A DNA stretch of 64,000 nucleotides from Solirubrobacteraceae bacterium (GTDB lineage: Bacteria > Actinomycetota > Thermoleophilia > Solirubrobacterales > Solirubrobacteraceae). A model generated the notes under the pieces. The model did not search any database and had not been told where the DNA came from. It saw only the letters and a list, made by a program, of their open reading frames with translations. The DNA lies in the NCBI GenBank assembly GCA_035552615.1, contig DASZLC010000119.1, positions 24,046 through 88,045 of the forward strand, in the 5' to 3' direction. The first letter of the stretch is position 1, and the number at the start of each line of letters is the position of its first letter. Made by a program: the position numbers and the translations under genes. Below are positions 55,552 to 64,000 of this stretch, piece after piece.

Positions 55552-57678
55552 ATGGCCAAGGACACGGAGAAGCTGATTCGTCAGCTGTCCCTGATCTCGT
55601 ACCTGATGGCGGAGCGGCGGCCGGTGACCGCACCCGAGATCCGGCGCGATGTCGAGGGCTACAGCGTGATGAACGAGGATGCGTTCGCGCGTCGCTTCTA
55701 CGCGGACCGCTCGGAGCTGGAGTCGCTCGGGATCGTGCTGGCCGTGGAGAAGCCCGTCGACGGGCTGGTGGAGCAGGAGAACTACTCGCTGCCATCGGAG
55801 AACTTCCATCTGCCGGCGATCGAGTTCACCGATCGGGAGCTGGCGGCGCTCGGCACCGCGCTGCAGCTGCTCGACGGGGAGTTCGCCTACGCCGAGCCGC
55901 TGCGCCTGGCGCTGCAGCAGATCTCGTGGGGACGACCGAGCCCGCTCAGCTCCCCCGTGCAGCGCACCGTGGCACTCGGGATCACCGGCAACGCCGGCGG
56001 CCACGAGCTCTCGCAGCGGCTGGCCAAGATCGAGACGGCGATCTTCCGCCGCAAGACGATCGTCTTCGACTACTACACGATGGAGCGCGACGAGCTCGGC
56101 GCCCGCCGCGTCGACCCCTACCAGCTGCTGTATCAGGGCGGTCAGTTCTACGTCGTCGGCCGCGCCCACGAGCGAGGCGCGATTCGCGTCTTCCGTCTCT
56201 CGCGGGTCCGCGGCAAGGTCGGCTACGCCACGAAGGCCGAGCACGACTTCCAGCGGCCGGGCGATTTCGATCCGCGGGCCTATGCCAACCGCATCGACTG
56301 GCAGTTCGGCGCCCCGATCGGGACCGCCGAGCTGTGGATCAGCGACCGGATCGCCTGGCAGATCGAGCGCCACTTCGGCCGCTACGGCGAGATCCGCGCC
56401 GCAGGGGAGGGCACGGCCGAGGGCGACCGCGTGTTCATCACCCCGTACTCCAACGCCCGCCAGCTGATCGCCTGGGTCCTCGGCCTCGGCGACCACGCCC
56501 GCGTCCTGGGCCCGCCGGAGCTCGCCGCCGAACTGCGCGAGCGCGTCGGGCTGCTCGTGGAGCGCCACACGGGGGACCCCGATCCGGGGCTCACAGCCGC
56601 GGCCAGCGCGCCGAGCTCCGACGGCGACCGCTCCGCCGGCGCGTCGAGCCCGGGGACGCCCGCACGCACCGAGACCGCCGAGGCCGAAGCCGGGGGCCCG
56701 GACACGGCGATCCGCCCCGAGCGGTTCGCCCGGCTGGTGACGCTGGCCAGCATCCTGATCGATGCCGGGCGGGCCGGGCGGCGGCTGGCCGCCGGCGAGC
56801 TGGAGCGATCGCTGAACGTCTCCGAGCAGGAGCTGCGCGAGGACATCTCGGTCCTGAACGTCGTGAACTTCGGCGCCGGCACCTACGTGCTGTACGCCGA
56901 GATCGGCGCCGACGGGGTCATCGACGTCGACCCCGAGCCGTACGGCGACTCGTTCGCCCGCCCCGCCCGGCTGCTCCCCGTCGAGGCGAAGGCGCTGATC
57001 GCGGCGATCGACCTGATCGGCGAGCACATCCCTGAGGGTTCGCTGGCGTCGGTCCGCGACAAGGTCGTGGCCGCGCTCGGAGAGGATCCCGCCCAGGAGG
57101 GCCTCCAGTTCGCCTCTCCCGGTGGCGATGACGCCGAGATCGCGAAGGTCGTCTCGCGCGCCATCTCGACCACGCGGATGCTGTCGTTCGAGTACTACAA
57201 GGAGAACGAGGACGAGTTCACGACGCGGGTCGTCGAGCCGTACGCGCTGATCAACGGCCTGGAGGGCTGGTACCTGGCCAGCTTCGACCCGACCCGCGAC
57301 AGCGTCCGCCACTTTCGCCTCGACCGGATCAAGTCCGCCACCGTGACCGAGGAGGGCTTCGAGCCGCGCGCCGATGTCGATCCGGCCGCCGACGTCGACG
57401 GCTGGCCGCGCACCGGACATGTTCCGGCCTCTCGCCGCGCGCAGGTCTGGATCTCCCCCGAGCGCGCGCGCTGGGCCCGCGAGGAGCGCACGGTGCTCGC
57501 CGACCTGCCCGGCGGCTCGGTCATCGTGGAGCTCGGCTTCGCCGGCGTTGACTGGCTCGTGCGCGAGGTGCTGAAGGAGGCCGGCGACGCGGTCGTGCTG
57601 GAGCCCGAGGACGCTCGCGCCGCCGTCGCCGCCGCCGCCGAGTCGATCCGCAGCGGAGCGGCGGCGCTGAGCCGATGA
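55552..57678 (+). CDS. Fused PafBC-type regulator (two HTH-WYL-WCX modules)
   Basis: PafB-like HTH (AFARRFYADRSELESLGI), WYL1 (FYVVG..RVFRLSR), low-complexity linker, PafC-like HTH, WYL2 (WYLASF..RHFRLDRI). Confidence 0.9.
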   Translation: MAKDTEKLIRQLSLISYLMAERRPVTAPEIRRDVEGYSVMNEDAFARRFYADRSELESLGIVLAVEKPVDGLVEQENYSLPSENFHLPAIEFTDRELAALGTALQLLDGEFAYAEPLRLALQQISWGRPSPLSSPVQRTVALGITGNAGGHELSQRLAKIETAIFRRKTIVFDYYTMERDELGARRVDPYQLLYQGGQFYVVGRAHERGAIRVFRLSRVRGKVGYATKAEHDFQRPGDFDPRAYANRIDWQFGAPIGTAELWISDRIAWQIERHFGRYGEIRAAGEGTAEGDRVFITPYSNARQLIAWVLGLGDHARVLGPPELAAELRERVGLLVERHTGDPDPGLTAAASAPSSDGDRSAGASSPGTPARTETAEAEAGGPDTAIRPERFARLVTLASILIDAGRAGRRLAAGELERSLNVSEQELREDISVLNVVNFGAGTYVLYAEIGADGVIDVDPEPYGDSFARPARLLPVEAKALIAAIDLIGEHIPEGSLASVRDKVVAALGEDPAQEGLQFASPGGDDAEIAKVVSRAISTTRMLSFEYYKENEDEFTTRVVEPYALINGLEGWYLASFDPTRDSVRHFRLDRIKSATVTEEGFEPRADVDPAADVDGWPRTGHVPASRRAQVWISPERARWAREERTVLADLPGGSVIVELGFAGVDWLVREVLKEAGDAVVLEPEDARAAVAAAAESIRSGAAALSR

Positions 57679-58136
57679 ACCGCCGCGAGCTGATCGCGAT
57701 GAGCCCGGCCGAGGTGGCCGCCTTCCTGGACGAGCACCGCGTCGTGATCGCCGCCAGCAACGGCGTCAGCGGCTGGCCCCATCTGATGCCGCTCTGGTAC
57801 CTGATGCGGGGCGAGGACGTCTGGGCGTGGACGTTCGCGAAGTCCCAGAAGGTGCGCAACCTGGAGCGTGACCCGCGGGCGACGCTACAGGCCGAGGACG
57901 GCGAGGAGTACCACGAGCTGCGCGGGGTGATGATCGAGGCCGACGTCGAGATCCACCGGGACCTGGAGGTGATCGGCGCGTTCGGCGCCCAGCTGCTTCA
58001 GCGCTACTCCGGCGCCGAGCCGAGCCCGGAGATGCTGGCGGCGGTGCGCACGCAGGCCACCAAGCGCGTGGCGCTGCAATTCGTCCCACGGCGAACCGCG
58101 AGCTTCGACCATCGCAAGCTCGGCGGCGTGTACTAG
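57675..58136 (+). CDS. Pyridoxamine 5'-phosphate oxidase-like split-barrel protein (possibly F420-binding)
   Basis: EV.AFL, GWPHLMPLWY, KSQKVRNLERDPR, ELRGV, SFDHRK; ATGA coupling to the WYL gene. Confidence 0.87.
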   Translation: MNRRELIAMSPAEVAAFLDEHRVVIAASNGVSGWPHLMPLWYLMRGEDVWAWTFAKSQKVRNLERDPRATLQAEDGEEYHELRGVMIEADVEIHRDLEVIGAFGAQLLQRYSGAEPSPEMLAAVRTQATKRVALQFVPRRTASFDHRKLGGVY

Positions 58137-58150
58137 TACCCTCCGGGCGG

Positions 58151-59224
58151 ATGCAGGAGCTGAAAGGGCTGATCCTGTCCGGGGGCAAGGGGACGCGTCT
58201 GCGTCCGATCACCTACACGAGCGCCAAGCAGCTCGTCCCCGTTGCCAACAAGCCGGTCCTGTTCTACGGGATCGAGGCGATGGCGAAGGCGGGGATCCTG
58301 GACATCGGGATCATCATCGCCCCCGAGACCGGGGATGAGATCCGGGAGACGGCCGGGGACGGCTCGCGGTTCGGGGTGCGCATCACCTACATCCCGCAGG
58401 CCGAGCCGCTCGGGCTGGCGCATGCGGTGCTGACGGCGGAGCCGTTCCTGGGCGACTCGCCGTTCGTCATGTACCTCGGCGACAACCTGCTGCAGGGCGG
58501 GATCGAGGACCTCGTGACAGCGTTCCGCACGAGCTCACCGGACGCGCTGATCCTGCTTACGCCGGTGCCCGACCCCGAGTCCTACGGGGTGGCCGAGCTG
58601 TCCGACGGCGCCGTCGTGCGGCTGGTCGAGAAGCCGAAGGTGCCGAACTCGGATCTGGCCCTTGTCGGCGTGTACATGTTCACGGCCGGTATCCACGACG
58701 CCGCGCGGGCGATCTCCCCGTCGGGTCGAGGCGAGCTGGAGATCACCGACGCGATCCAGCACGTCGTCGATTCCGGGCGGCGCGTGGAGCCGCACATCGT
58801 GCAGGGCTGGTGGAAGGACACCGGCCGGTTGGAGGACATGCTGGCCGCCAACCGGCTCGTGCTCGACACGATCGAGCCGACGATCGAGGGGGAGCTCGTC
58901 CACTCGCGGATCGACGGGCGCGTCGTCGTGGAGGCCGGGGCGCGCCTGGAGCGATGCACGGTGCGCGGGCCGGCGATCATCGGGGCCGGCGCACGGTTGA
59001 CCGACTGCTACATCGGGCCGTACACGGCGATCGGCTGTGACTGCGTGATCACCGACGCCGAGGTCGAGCACTCGATCCTGCTGACCGGGTCAAGCGTCGA
59101 GGGCCTGGCCGGTCGGCTCGAATCGTCGCTGCTGGGCCGCAACGTGAGGATCGCCCGCGACGAGCAGCAACCGCGGGCGTATCGCTTCCTCGTCGGCGAC
59201 AACTCCGAGATCTCGATCCTGTGA
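58151..59224 (+). CDS. rfbA: Glucose-1-phosphate thymidylyltransferase, long form
   Basis: GG.GTRLRPIT, KQLVPVANKP, LGDN, EKP, RGELEITDA, WWKDTG, C-terminal hexapeptide region. Confidence 0.94.
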   Translation: MQELKGLILSGGKGTRLRPITYTSAKQLVPVANKPVLFYGIEAMAKAGILDIGIIIAPETGDEIRETAGDGSRFGVRITYIPQAEPLGLAHAVLTAEPFLGDSPFVMYLGDNLLQGGIEDLVTAFRTSSPDALILLTPVPDPESYGVAELSDGAVVRLVEKPKVPNSDLALVGVYMFTAGIHDAARAISPSGRGELEITDAIQHVVDSGRRVEPHIVQGWWKDTGRLEDMLAANRLVLDTIEPTIEGELVHSRIDGRVVVEAGARLERCTVRGPAIIGAGARLTDCYIGPYTAIGCDCVITDAEVEHSILLTGSSVEGLAGRLESSLLGRNVRIARDEQQPRAYRFLVGDNSEISIL

Positions 59225-59232
59225 GGTTGGGG

Positions 59233-59691
59233 TCAGAGCGGCTTCTCACCGAAGAACGTGGCGACCGGGTTGGCGTTGAAGTTCCCGATCGGCGCGTACC
59301 CCTCGGATTCGTATATCCGCCGCGCCCCCAGCTGCCGCGGGCCGGTGTCGAGCCGCGCGATCACGTAGCCGAGCCGGCGGGCGATCTCCTCCAGCTCGTG
59401 CAGGAGGACCCGCGCCAGGCCGCGGCCGCGGGCGTCCGGGATCACGTACATCCGCTTGATCTCGCAGGCGGCACGGTCAAGCCGCTTCACGCCGCCGCAG
59501 CAGACGGCAACGGCGCCCTCGTAGCCGACGACGAACGCCCCGCCCGGGGGGCTCAGCTCCGCCGGGCCGGCCTTCGGCATCTGCTCGCCGTCGAGCACGA
59601 GGCCCGGGTACAGCTCCGCCATCTCCGCCCGCATCGCGACGACGAGCCGCTCCCCATCGCCGGCGTCGACCTGGGATGGGAGAAACCTCAT
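59233..59691 (-). CDS. GNAT N-acetyltransferase
   Basis: EIKRMYV...ARGRGLAR, LDTG..Q..A..IY...GY. Confidence 0.9.
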   Translation of the reverse strand: MRFLPSQVDAGDGERLVVAMRAEMAELYPGLVLDGEQMPKAGPAELSPPGGAFVVGYEGAVAVCCGGVKRLDRAACEIKRMYVIPDARGRGLARVLLHELEEIARRLGYVIARLDTGPRQLGARRIYESEGYAPIGNFNANPVATFFGEKPL

Positions 59692-59732
59692 GTGAGGAAA
59701 GCCTAACCCCCGCGATCTTTATTCTCGGCGCC

Positions 59733-60944
59733 GTGACCGAATCAATCGAGTCAGTCGAGGTCCCTGCGGAGGTGCGGGAGCGCCTGCTGGCCGCGTGGCG
59801 CGGCGAGATCGTCGCCGGCCGCGCCTACGAGCTGATCGCCGAGCGGATGGCCGACCGCGAGGCGGAGATCCTGCGCAAGATGGCGGCGGCCGAGAGCAGC
59901 CACCGCGAGCGCCTGGAAAACCGGATGACGGAGCTCGGGATCACGATCCCCGACCCCAGCACCGTGAAGCTGCCGCGGCTGCTGCGCCTGCAGACGAAGA
60001 TCGCGCCGATCGACCGGCTGCTGGCCGCGCGCGAGGCGGCCGAGGACGAGGAGGTCGACGACCTGTACAAACGCTCCACCGGCGACTCCGAGACCGACCG
60101 CGTGCTGCGCGAGATCCGCAAGGAGGAGCGCTCGCACTCGCTGGCCGTGCAGGACATCCGCTCGGGCAAGGACGACATGGGCGACGGCGGCCAATCGGCG
60201 TCCGTCGCCTCGCCGCTGGCCGTCCCCGGCGCGCAGGCGAAGCTCGATCGGATCCTCGGGCGGGAGAAGTGGCACCGCACCGGCGGCGGCTGGATCTCGG
60301 GCGCGATCTACGGCGCCAACGACGGCCTCGCCGCCGTGTTCGGGATCGTCGCCGGCGTGTCGGGCGCGACGGGCGGGTCCACGGCGGTGCTGACGGCCGG
60401 CCTGGCCGGCGCGATCGCCTCGGCGCTGTCGATGGCCACCGGCGCGTTCCTGGCCGAGCGCTCGGAGAACGAGGTCGCCCAGGCGAACATCGAGCGCGAG
60501 CGCCAGGAGATCGCCGAACGGCCCGAGGAGGAGAAGGAGGAGCTGTCGCTCTTCTACCAGCTGAAGGGCATCGACGAGAAAACCGCCGACGACCTCGCCG
60601 AGCGGATGTCGCAGCACCCCGACGCGATGCTCCACGCGCTCACGGTGGAGGAGTTCGGGACCGGCGCGGCCGGCGGCGCCGGCAACCCGAAGCAGGCGGC
60701 GATCGCGGCCGGAATCTCGACCGGCCTCGGCGCGATCGTGCCGGTGATCCCGTTCTTCTTCGTGACCGGCACGCTCGGCATCGTCCTGGCGGCGATCGTC
60801 TCGCTGGCCGCCCACTTCGCCGTCGGCGCGGCCAAGTCGCTGGTCACGCTGCGAACGTGGTGGTCGGCGGGATTCGAGATGACGCTAGCCGGGATCGTCG
60901 TCGGCGGCGCGACCTTCCTGGTCGGCCTCGCCCTGCCTACCTAG
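59733..60944 (+). CDS. Ferritin/rubrerythrin-like domain fused to a VIT1/CCC1 transporter
   Basis: E...ESSH...E...ERSH di-iron pattern; IYGANDGL, ALSMATG.FL, ELSLFY, VPVIPF; start set at GTG 59733. Confidence 0.88.
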   Translation: MTESIESVEVPAEVRERLLAAWRGEIVAGRAYELIAERMADREAEILRKMAAAESSHRERLENRMTELGITIPDPSTVKLPRLLRLQTKIAPIDRLLAAREAAEDEEVDDLYKRSTGDSETDRVLREIRKEERSHSLAVQDIRSGKDDMGDGGQSASVASPLAVPGAQAKLDRILGREKWHRTGGGWISGAIYGANDGLAAVFGIVAGVSGATGGSTAVLTAGLAGAIASALSMATGAFLAERSENEVAQANIERERQEIAERPEEEKEELSLFYQLKGIDEKTADDLAERMSQHPDAMLHALTVEEFGTGAAGGAGNPKQAAIAAGISTGLGAIVPVIPFFFVTGTLGIVLAAIVSLAAHFAVGAAKSLVTLRTWWSAGFEMTLAGIVVGGATFLVGLALPT

Positions 60945-61619
60945 AGGCGCGCGGAGGGCCTGCAGCTCGGCGACCTGCCGCTCCAGCTCGGCCACCCGCT
61001 GCACGAGGGTCGGCGGCGCCGGGCCTGTCGACACGACCACCGGGGCCTCGGGGCGGTATGCCTGTTCGCCCCGCCCGCCGAGGTCGTCTTCGGCCGCGGC
61101 GGCCGCGTCGGGCGCGTCGGCCGCGTCGCCGCCGCCGAGCAGCTGCTCGAAGCGGTCCTCCTTCTGCCCCGGCCGGCGGTGCAACCGGCGCGCATAGCCG
61201 TGCTCGGCCAGCGAGTCCAGCACCAGCTCGACGTGCTCCAGGGACTCCAGCGTGGCCATGCGTTCGGTGCGCGCCTTCAGCTCACCGGGAGTCTGGGCGC
61301 CGCGGAGCAGCAGCACCGCCAGCACGGCCAGCTCCTCGCGGCTCAGGCCGAGCGCATCCTCGGCGAGGTGGCGGTACTTGGTGGCACGGCTGGAGTGGCC
61401 ACTGGCCAGCCGCGCCACCCCGTACTTGCACAGCCGCTGGGCGGCGTCGCGCACCGTCGGCTCGTCGTAGGCGGTGACCGGGTCGCGGTTGGTCGACTGG
61501 TTGCAGGCGAGGCGCAGGGCGTTCAGCGTCAGCGGGTACTGGTCGGGCGTCGTCCAGCGCTTTTCCAGCAGGCAGCCGAGCACGCGTTGCTCGGGCGGGG
61601 TCAGAGGAGCAAGACGCAC
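60885..61619 (-). CDS. YceH/DUF480 family protein
   Basis: RVLGCLLEK..TTPDQYPLTLNAL..ACNQ.TNRDPV, LLLRGAQTPGEL. Confidence 0.92.
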   Translation of the reverse strand: MRLAPLTPPEQRVLGCLLEKRWTTPDQYPLTLNALRLACNQSTNRDPVTAYDEPTVRDAAQRLCKYGVARLASGHSSRATKYRHLAEDALGLSREELAVLAVLLLRGAQTPGELKARTERMATLESLEHVELVLDSLAEHGYARRLHRRPGQKEDRFEQLLGGGDAADAPDAAAAAEDDLGGRGEQAYRPEAPVVVSTGPAPPTLVQRVAELERQVAELQALRAPLGRQGEADQEGRAADDDPG

Positions 61620-61656
61620 GCGCCGAGAATAGCCCGCCGGTACGCTCGCGGGAGCG

Positions 61657-61962
61657 ATGGCGGTGAGCGTCGAACAGGCCCGCGCGTTGGCGCTGGCGCT
61701 GCCGGAGGCGACCGAGCAGGATCACCACGGCCGGCCGTCGTTTCGGGTGCGCGGGAAGATCTTCGCCACCCTGTGGGATCCCGAGCACATGAACGTGATG
61801 CTCGACGAGGCGGGCGTGCTGACCGCGGCTCAGGCCCACCCGGGCTGGTGCGCCCCGTTTCACTGGGGCAAGCGGATCCGGGCGGTGCACGTTTCGCTGG
61901 CCGGCGCGGAGACGGGGCCGCTGGCCGAGTTGTTACGCGACGCCTGGGAGGGCAAATCGTAG
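61657..61962 (+). CDS. MmcQ/YjbR family protein
   Basis: ALALPEA.E..H.GRPSFRVRGKIFA, ELL.DAW. Confidence 0.85.
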   Translation: MAVSVEQARALALALPEATEQDHHGRPSFRVRGKIFATLWDPEHMNVMLDEAGVLTAAQAHPGWCAPFHWGKRIRAVHVSLAGAETGPLAELLRDAWEGKS

Positions 61963-61968
61963 ACAGGC

Positions 61969-61997
61969 ATATCGCAATCTGATATATCGTGCAGATA
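61969..61997. promoter_or_regulatory. Candidate PadR operator and -10 box
   Basis: AT-rich ATATC-N7-GATAT and TATC-N5-GATA dyads overlapping TATCGT, 8 nt before the PadR ATG. Confidence 0.5.
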
Positions 61998-61998
61998 C

Positions 61999-62535
61999 AT
62001 GCCTGAGCTCAGCGCCACCGGCCGGGTCATCCTGGGAATGCTCACGTTGGGACAGCGGACCGGCTACGACATCAAGCAGTTCGTCGACAAGACGACCCGG
62101 CACTTCTGGGCGGCGAGCTACGGGCAGATCTACCCCGAGCTGCGCCGTCTGGAGGAGCAGGGGCTGGTGCGCAGCGCCGATCACCCGGCGGGTCGCCGGG
62201 CGCGCACCGTGTACGACCTCACCGATGCAGGACGCGCGGCGCTGGAGGACTGGCTGCGCGAGACCGACGAGCCCGCGTACGAGCTGCGCTCCGAGACGAT
62301 GCTGAAGCTGTTCTTCTCCGATGCGGTCGAACACGAGTACCGCGCGCAGTGGCTGCGCGCCCTCCGCGAAATGCAGGAGCGCAAGCTGCAGGCGCTGCGC
62401 GAGCTGGAGCCCGGCGCCGCCTCAATGACCGCGCGGGGTCCATATCTGAGCCTCCAGTTGGGGATCGCGCAGACCGAGTTCCTGATCGATTGGTGCTCGC
62501 GGGCCGAGGCGCGGCTGGCGCAGGAGGCGGCGTGA
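61999..62535 (+). CDS. PadR family regulator (long form)
   Basis: ILGML....TGYDI, HFWAASYGQIYPEL..LE, Y.LT..GR..L..WL, LKLFF. Confidence 0.93.
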   Translation: MPELSATGRVILGMLTLGQRTGYDIKQFVDKTTRHFWAASYGQIYPELRRLEEQGLVRSADHPAGRRARTVYDLTDAGRAALEDWLRETDEPAYELRSETMLKLFFSDAVEHEYRAQWLRALREMQERKLQALRELEPGAASMTARGPYLSLQLGIAQTEFLIDWCSRAEARLAQEAA

Positions 62536-64000
62536 TGCTCGATCGGCTCGCCGCCCGGCTGCACGCGCACGGCCGCGCGATCCTCGCCGTGGCGATCGTC
62601 GGCGCGGCGATCGCCGGCGCGTTTGGGGCGGGCGTCACCTCGCGGCTCAGCCCCTTCGGCGCCAACGACCCGAGCACGCAGAGCGTCCAGGCCCAGAACC
62701 GCTTCCAGGCGGCCACGGGGCGTCAGATCGATCCCGGCGTCGTGGCGCTCGTCCGCTCGGGGCCGGTGGGGTCGCCCGCTGCCCGGGCCGCTGTCGGCGC
62801 CGTGCGCGCGCGCCTGCTGCGTCAGCCCGGAATCGCCGCGGTCTTCTCCTATTACCAGACCGGTCAGCGCGCGATGGTCTCCGCCGACGGTCGCTCGACG
62901 TACGTGGTGGCCTACTTCCGCAACATCTCCGACACGCGGGCCAGCGACGACGCCAAGCGGATCGAGGCGGCGTTCAGCGGCGATCGCGGGGTGACGCTGG
63001 GCGGAAGCGGGATCGCCAACGCCCAGGCCAACAGCGAGGTGAGCGCTGACCTGGGACACGCCGAGCTGCTGGCCTTCCCGTTCATCTTCCTGCTGTCGCT
63101 GCTGTTCTTCCGCTCGCTGGTGGCGGCCGTGCTGCCGCCGCTGCTCGGCGGCCTGGCGATCGTCTTCACCCTGTTCGCGCTGCGGATCGTGTCGAGCTTC
63201 GTCGACGTCTCGGTGTTCGCCGTGAACTTCGTGATCGGGCTGGGGCTCGGGCTGGCGATCGATTACAGCCTGTTCATCGTCTCGCGCTACCGCGAGGAGG
63301 CCGCCCGTCACGGGTTCGGTCCCGAGGCGCTGCGGCGAACGATGCAGACCGCGGGGCGCACCGTCCTGTTCAGCTCGCTCACGGTCACGGCGGCCGTCGC
63401 TTCGCTGATCATCTTCCCGCAGCGGTTCCTGCGCTCGATGGGGATCGGCGGCACGATCTGCGTGCTGCTGGCGGCGTCGCTGGCGCTCGTCGTGCTCCCC
63501 GCCCTGCTCGGCGTGCTCGGTCCGCGCGTGAACGCGCTCGCCCCGCGCCGGCTGGCCCGCGCCGCCGCGCGCGAGGCCCTGCCCGTGCAGGACGGCCTGT
63601 GGTTCCGCCTGGCCCGGTTCGTGATGCGCCACGCGGCGCTCGTCGCCGTGGTGAGCGCCGGCGCCCTGGTGGCCCTGGGGATTCCGTTCGCCGGCGCGCG
63701 GTTCATCTCGGTCAGCGCGAAGGTGCTGCCGAGCACGGCCAGCGCCCGCCGCGTCGACAGCGCGCTCTCGACCGCGTTCCCGCCCGGGCGCACGGCGCCG
63801 CTGGAGCTGGTGGTCGGCGAGCCGGCGCGGTCGCCGGCACTGGCGACGTTGTCGACCCGCCTGCGGGACATGCCGGATGTCGCCGCCGTGGCCGCGCCCC
63901 AGCCGGCCGGTCCGCGGCTGTCGATGATCGCCGTCGCGCCCGTGAGTGCGCCTCTGTCGGATCGCTCGCAAAGGCTCGTCGACGCCGTGCGCCGGATCCG
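62535..64000 (+). CDS. MMPL/RND family transporter, truncated by the window end
   Basis: TGATG coupling to padR; GLGLGLAIDYSLFIVSRYREE and TAGRTVLFS motifs; absent from the ORF track because no stop lies in the window. Confidence 0.9.
   Translation, partial: MLDRLAARLHAHGRAILAVAIVGAAIAGAFGAGVTSRLSPFGANDPSTQSVQAQNRFQAATGRQIDPGVVALVRSGPVGSPAARAAVGAVRARLLRQPGIAAVFSYYQTGQRAMVSADGRSTYVVAYFRNISDTRASDDAKRIEAAFSGDRGVTLGGSGIANAQANSEVSADLGHAELLAFPFIFLLSLLFFRSLVAAVLPPLLGGLAIVFTLFALRIVSSFVDVSVFAVNFVIGLGLGLAIDYSLFIVSRYREEAARHGFGPEALRRTMQTAGRTVLFSSLTVTAAVASLIIFPQRFLRSMGIGGTICVLLAASLALVVLPALLGVLGPRVNALAPRRLARAAAREALPVQDGLWFRLARFVMRHAALVAVVSAGALVALGIPFAGARFISVSAKVLPSTASARRVDSALSTAFPPGRTAPLELVVGEPARSPALATLSTRLRDMPDVAAVAAPQPAGPRLSMIAVAPVSAPLSDRSQRLVDAVRRI

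Noticed and set aside
1-64000. CRISPR arrays, tRNA/rRNA genes, IS elements, prophage or known defence systems
   Set aside because: Intergenic gaps are almost all under 125 nt, with no regular repeat-spacer pattern, cloverleaf, transposase or integrase. The WYL protein is PafBC-like with housekeeping neighbours rather than in a defence island.

Overview
A gene-dense, very GC-rich bacterial chromosomal window. Gene content and style point to Actinomycetota, most likely Thermoleophilia/Solirubrobacterales (inference). No rRNA, tRNA, CRISPR array, transposase, integrase or phage gene was seen. From left to right it holds: ApbC/Mrp plus ferredoxin, amidase and citrate synthase; a ~19 kb alpha-glucan/trehalose cluster (glgP, malQ, glgE-treS-mak-glgB-treZ-glgX-treY, GT4); an unusual MSMEG_0570/MSMEG_0569-like fusion; groES-groEL with two CIRCE boxes; a MarR-adjacent VOC-esterase-Crp-NUDIX-ASCH run; an ECF sigma with a DUF4349-type partner; lhr-nei-GDPD; fchA-folD; two TetR loci, udgB and rfbD; a circularly permuted ATP-grasp/alpha-E/transglutaminase operon; yhaM-like HD nuclease followed by a fused PafBC-type double-WYL regulator; rfbA; a ferritin-like-VIT1 fusion; and PadR-MMPL (truncated by the window end). 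The best candidates for undescribed biology are: (1) the YhaM + fused PafBC + PNPOx-like locus with a dyad over its promoter; (2) the ATP-grasp operon whose ligase ends in a poly-Gln tail beside a transglutaminase; (3) an ECF promoter motif (GTGAYG-N15-CGTAGTG) shared by the sigma gene and a secreted unknown protein 6 kb away; (4) the Crp-NUDIX-ASCH module; (5) the MSMEG_0570/0569-like fusion lacking the usual cysteines; (6) a FolD lacking its cyclohydrolase lysine paired with FchA. All family calls come from motif recognition by eye. No database search was run, and many start codons were re-chosen by hand.
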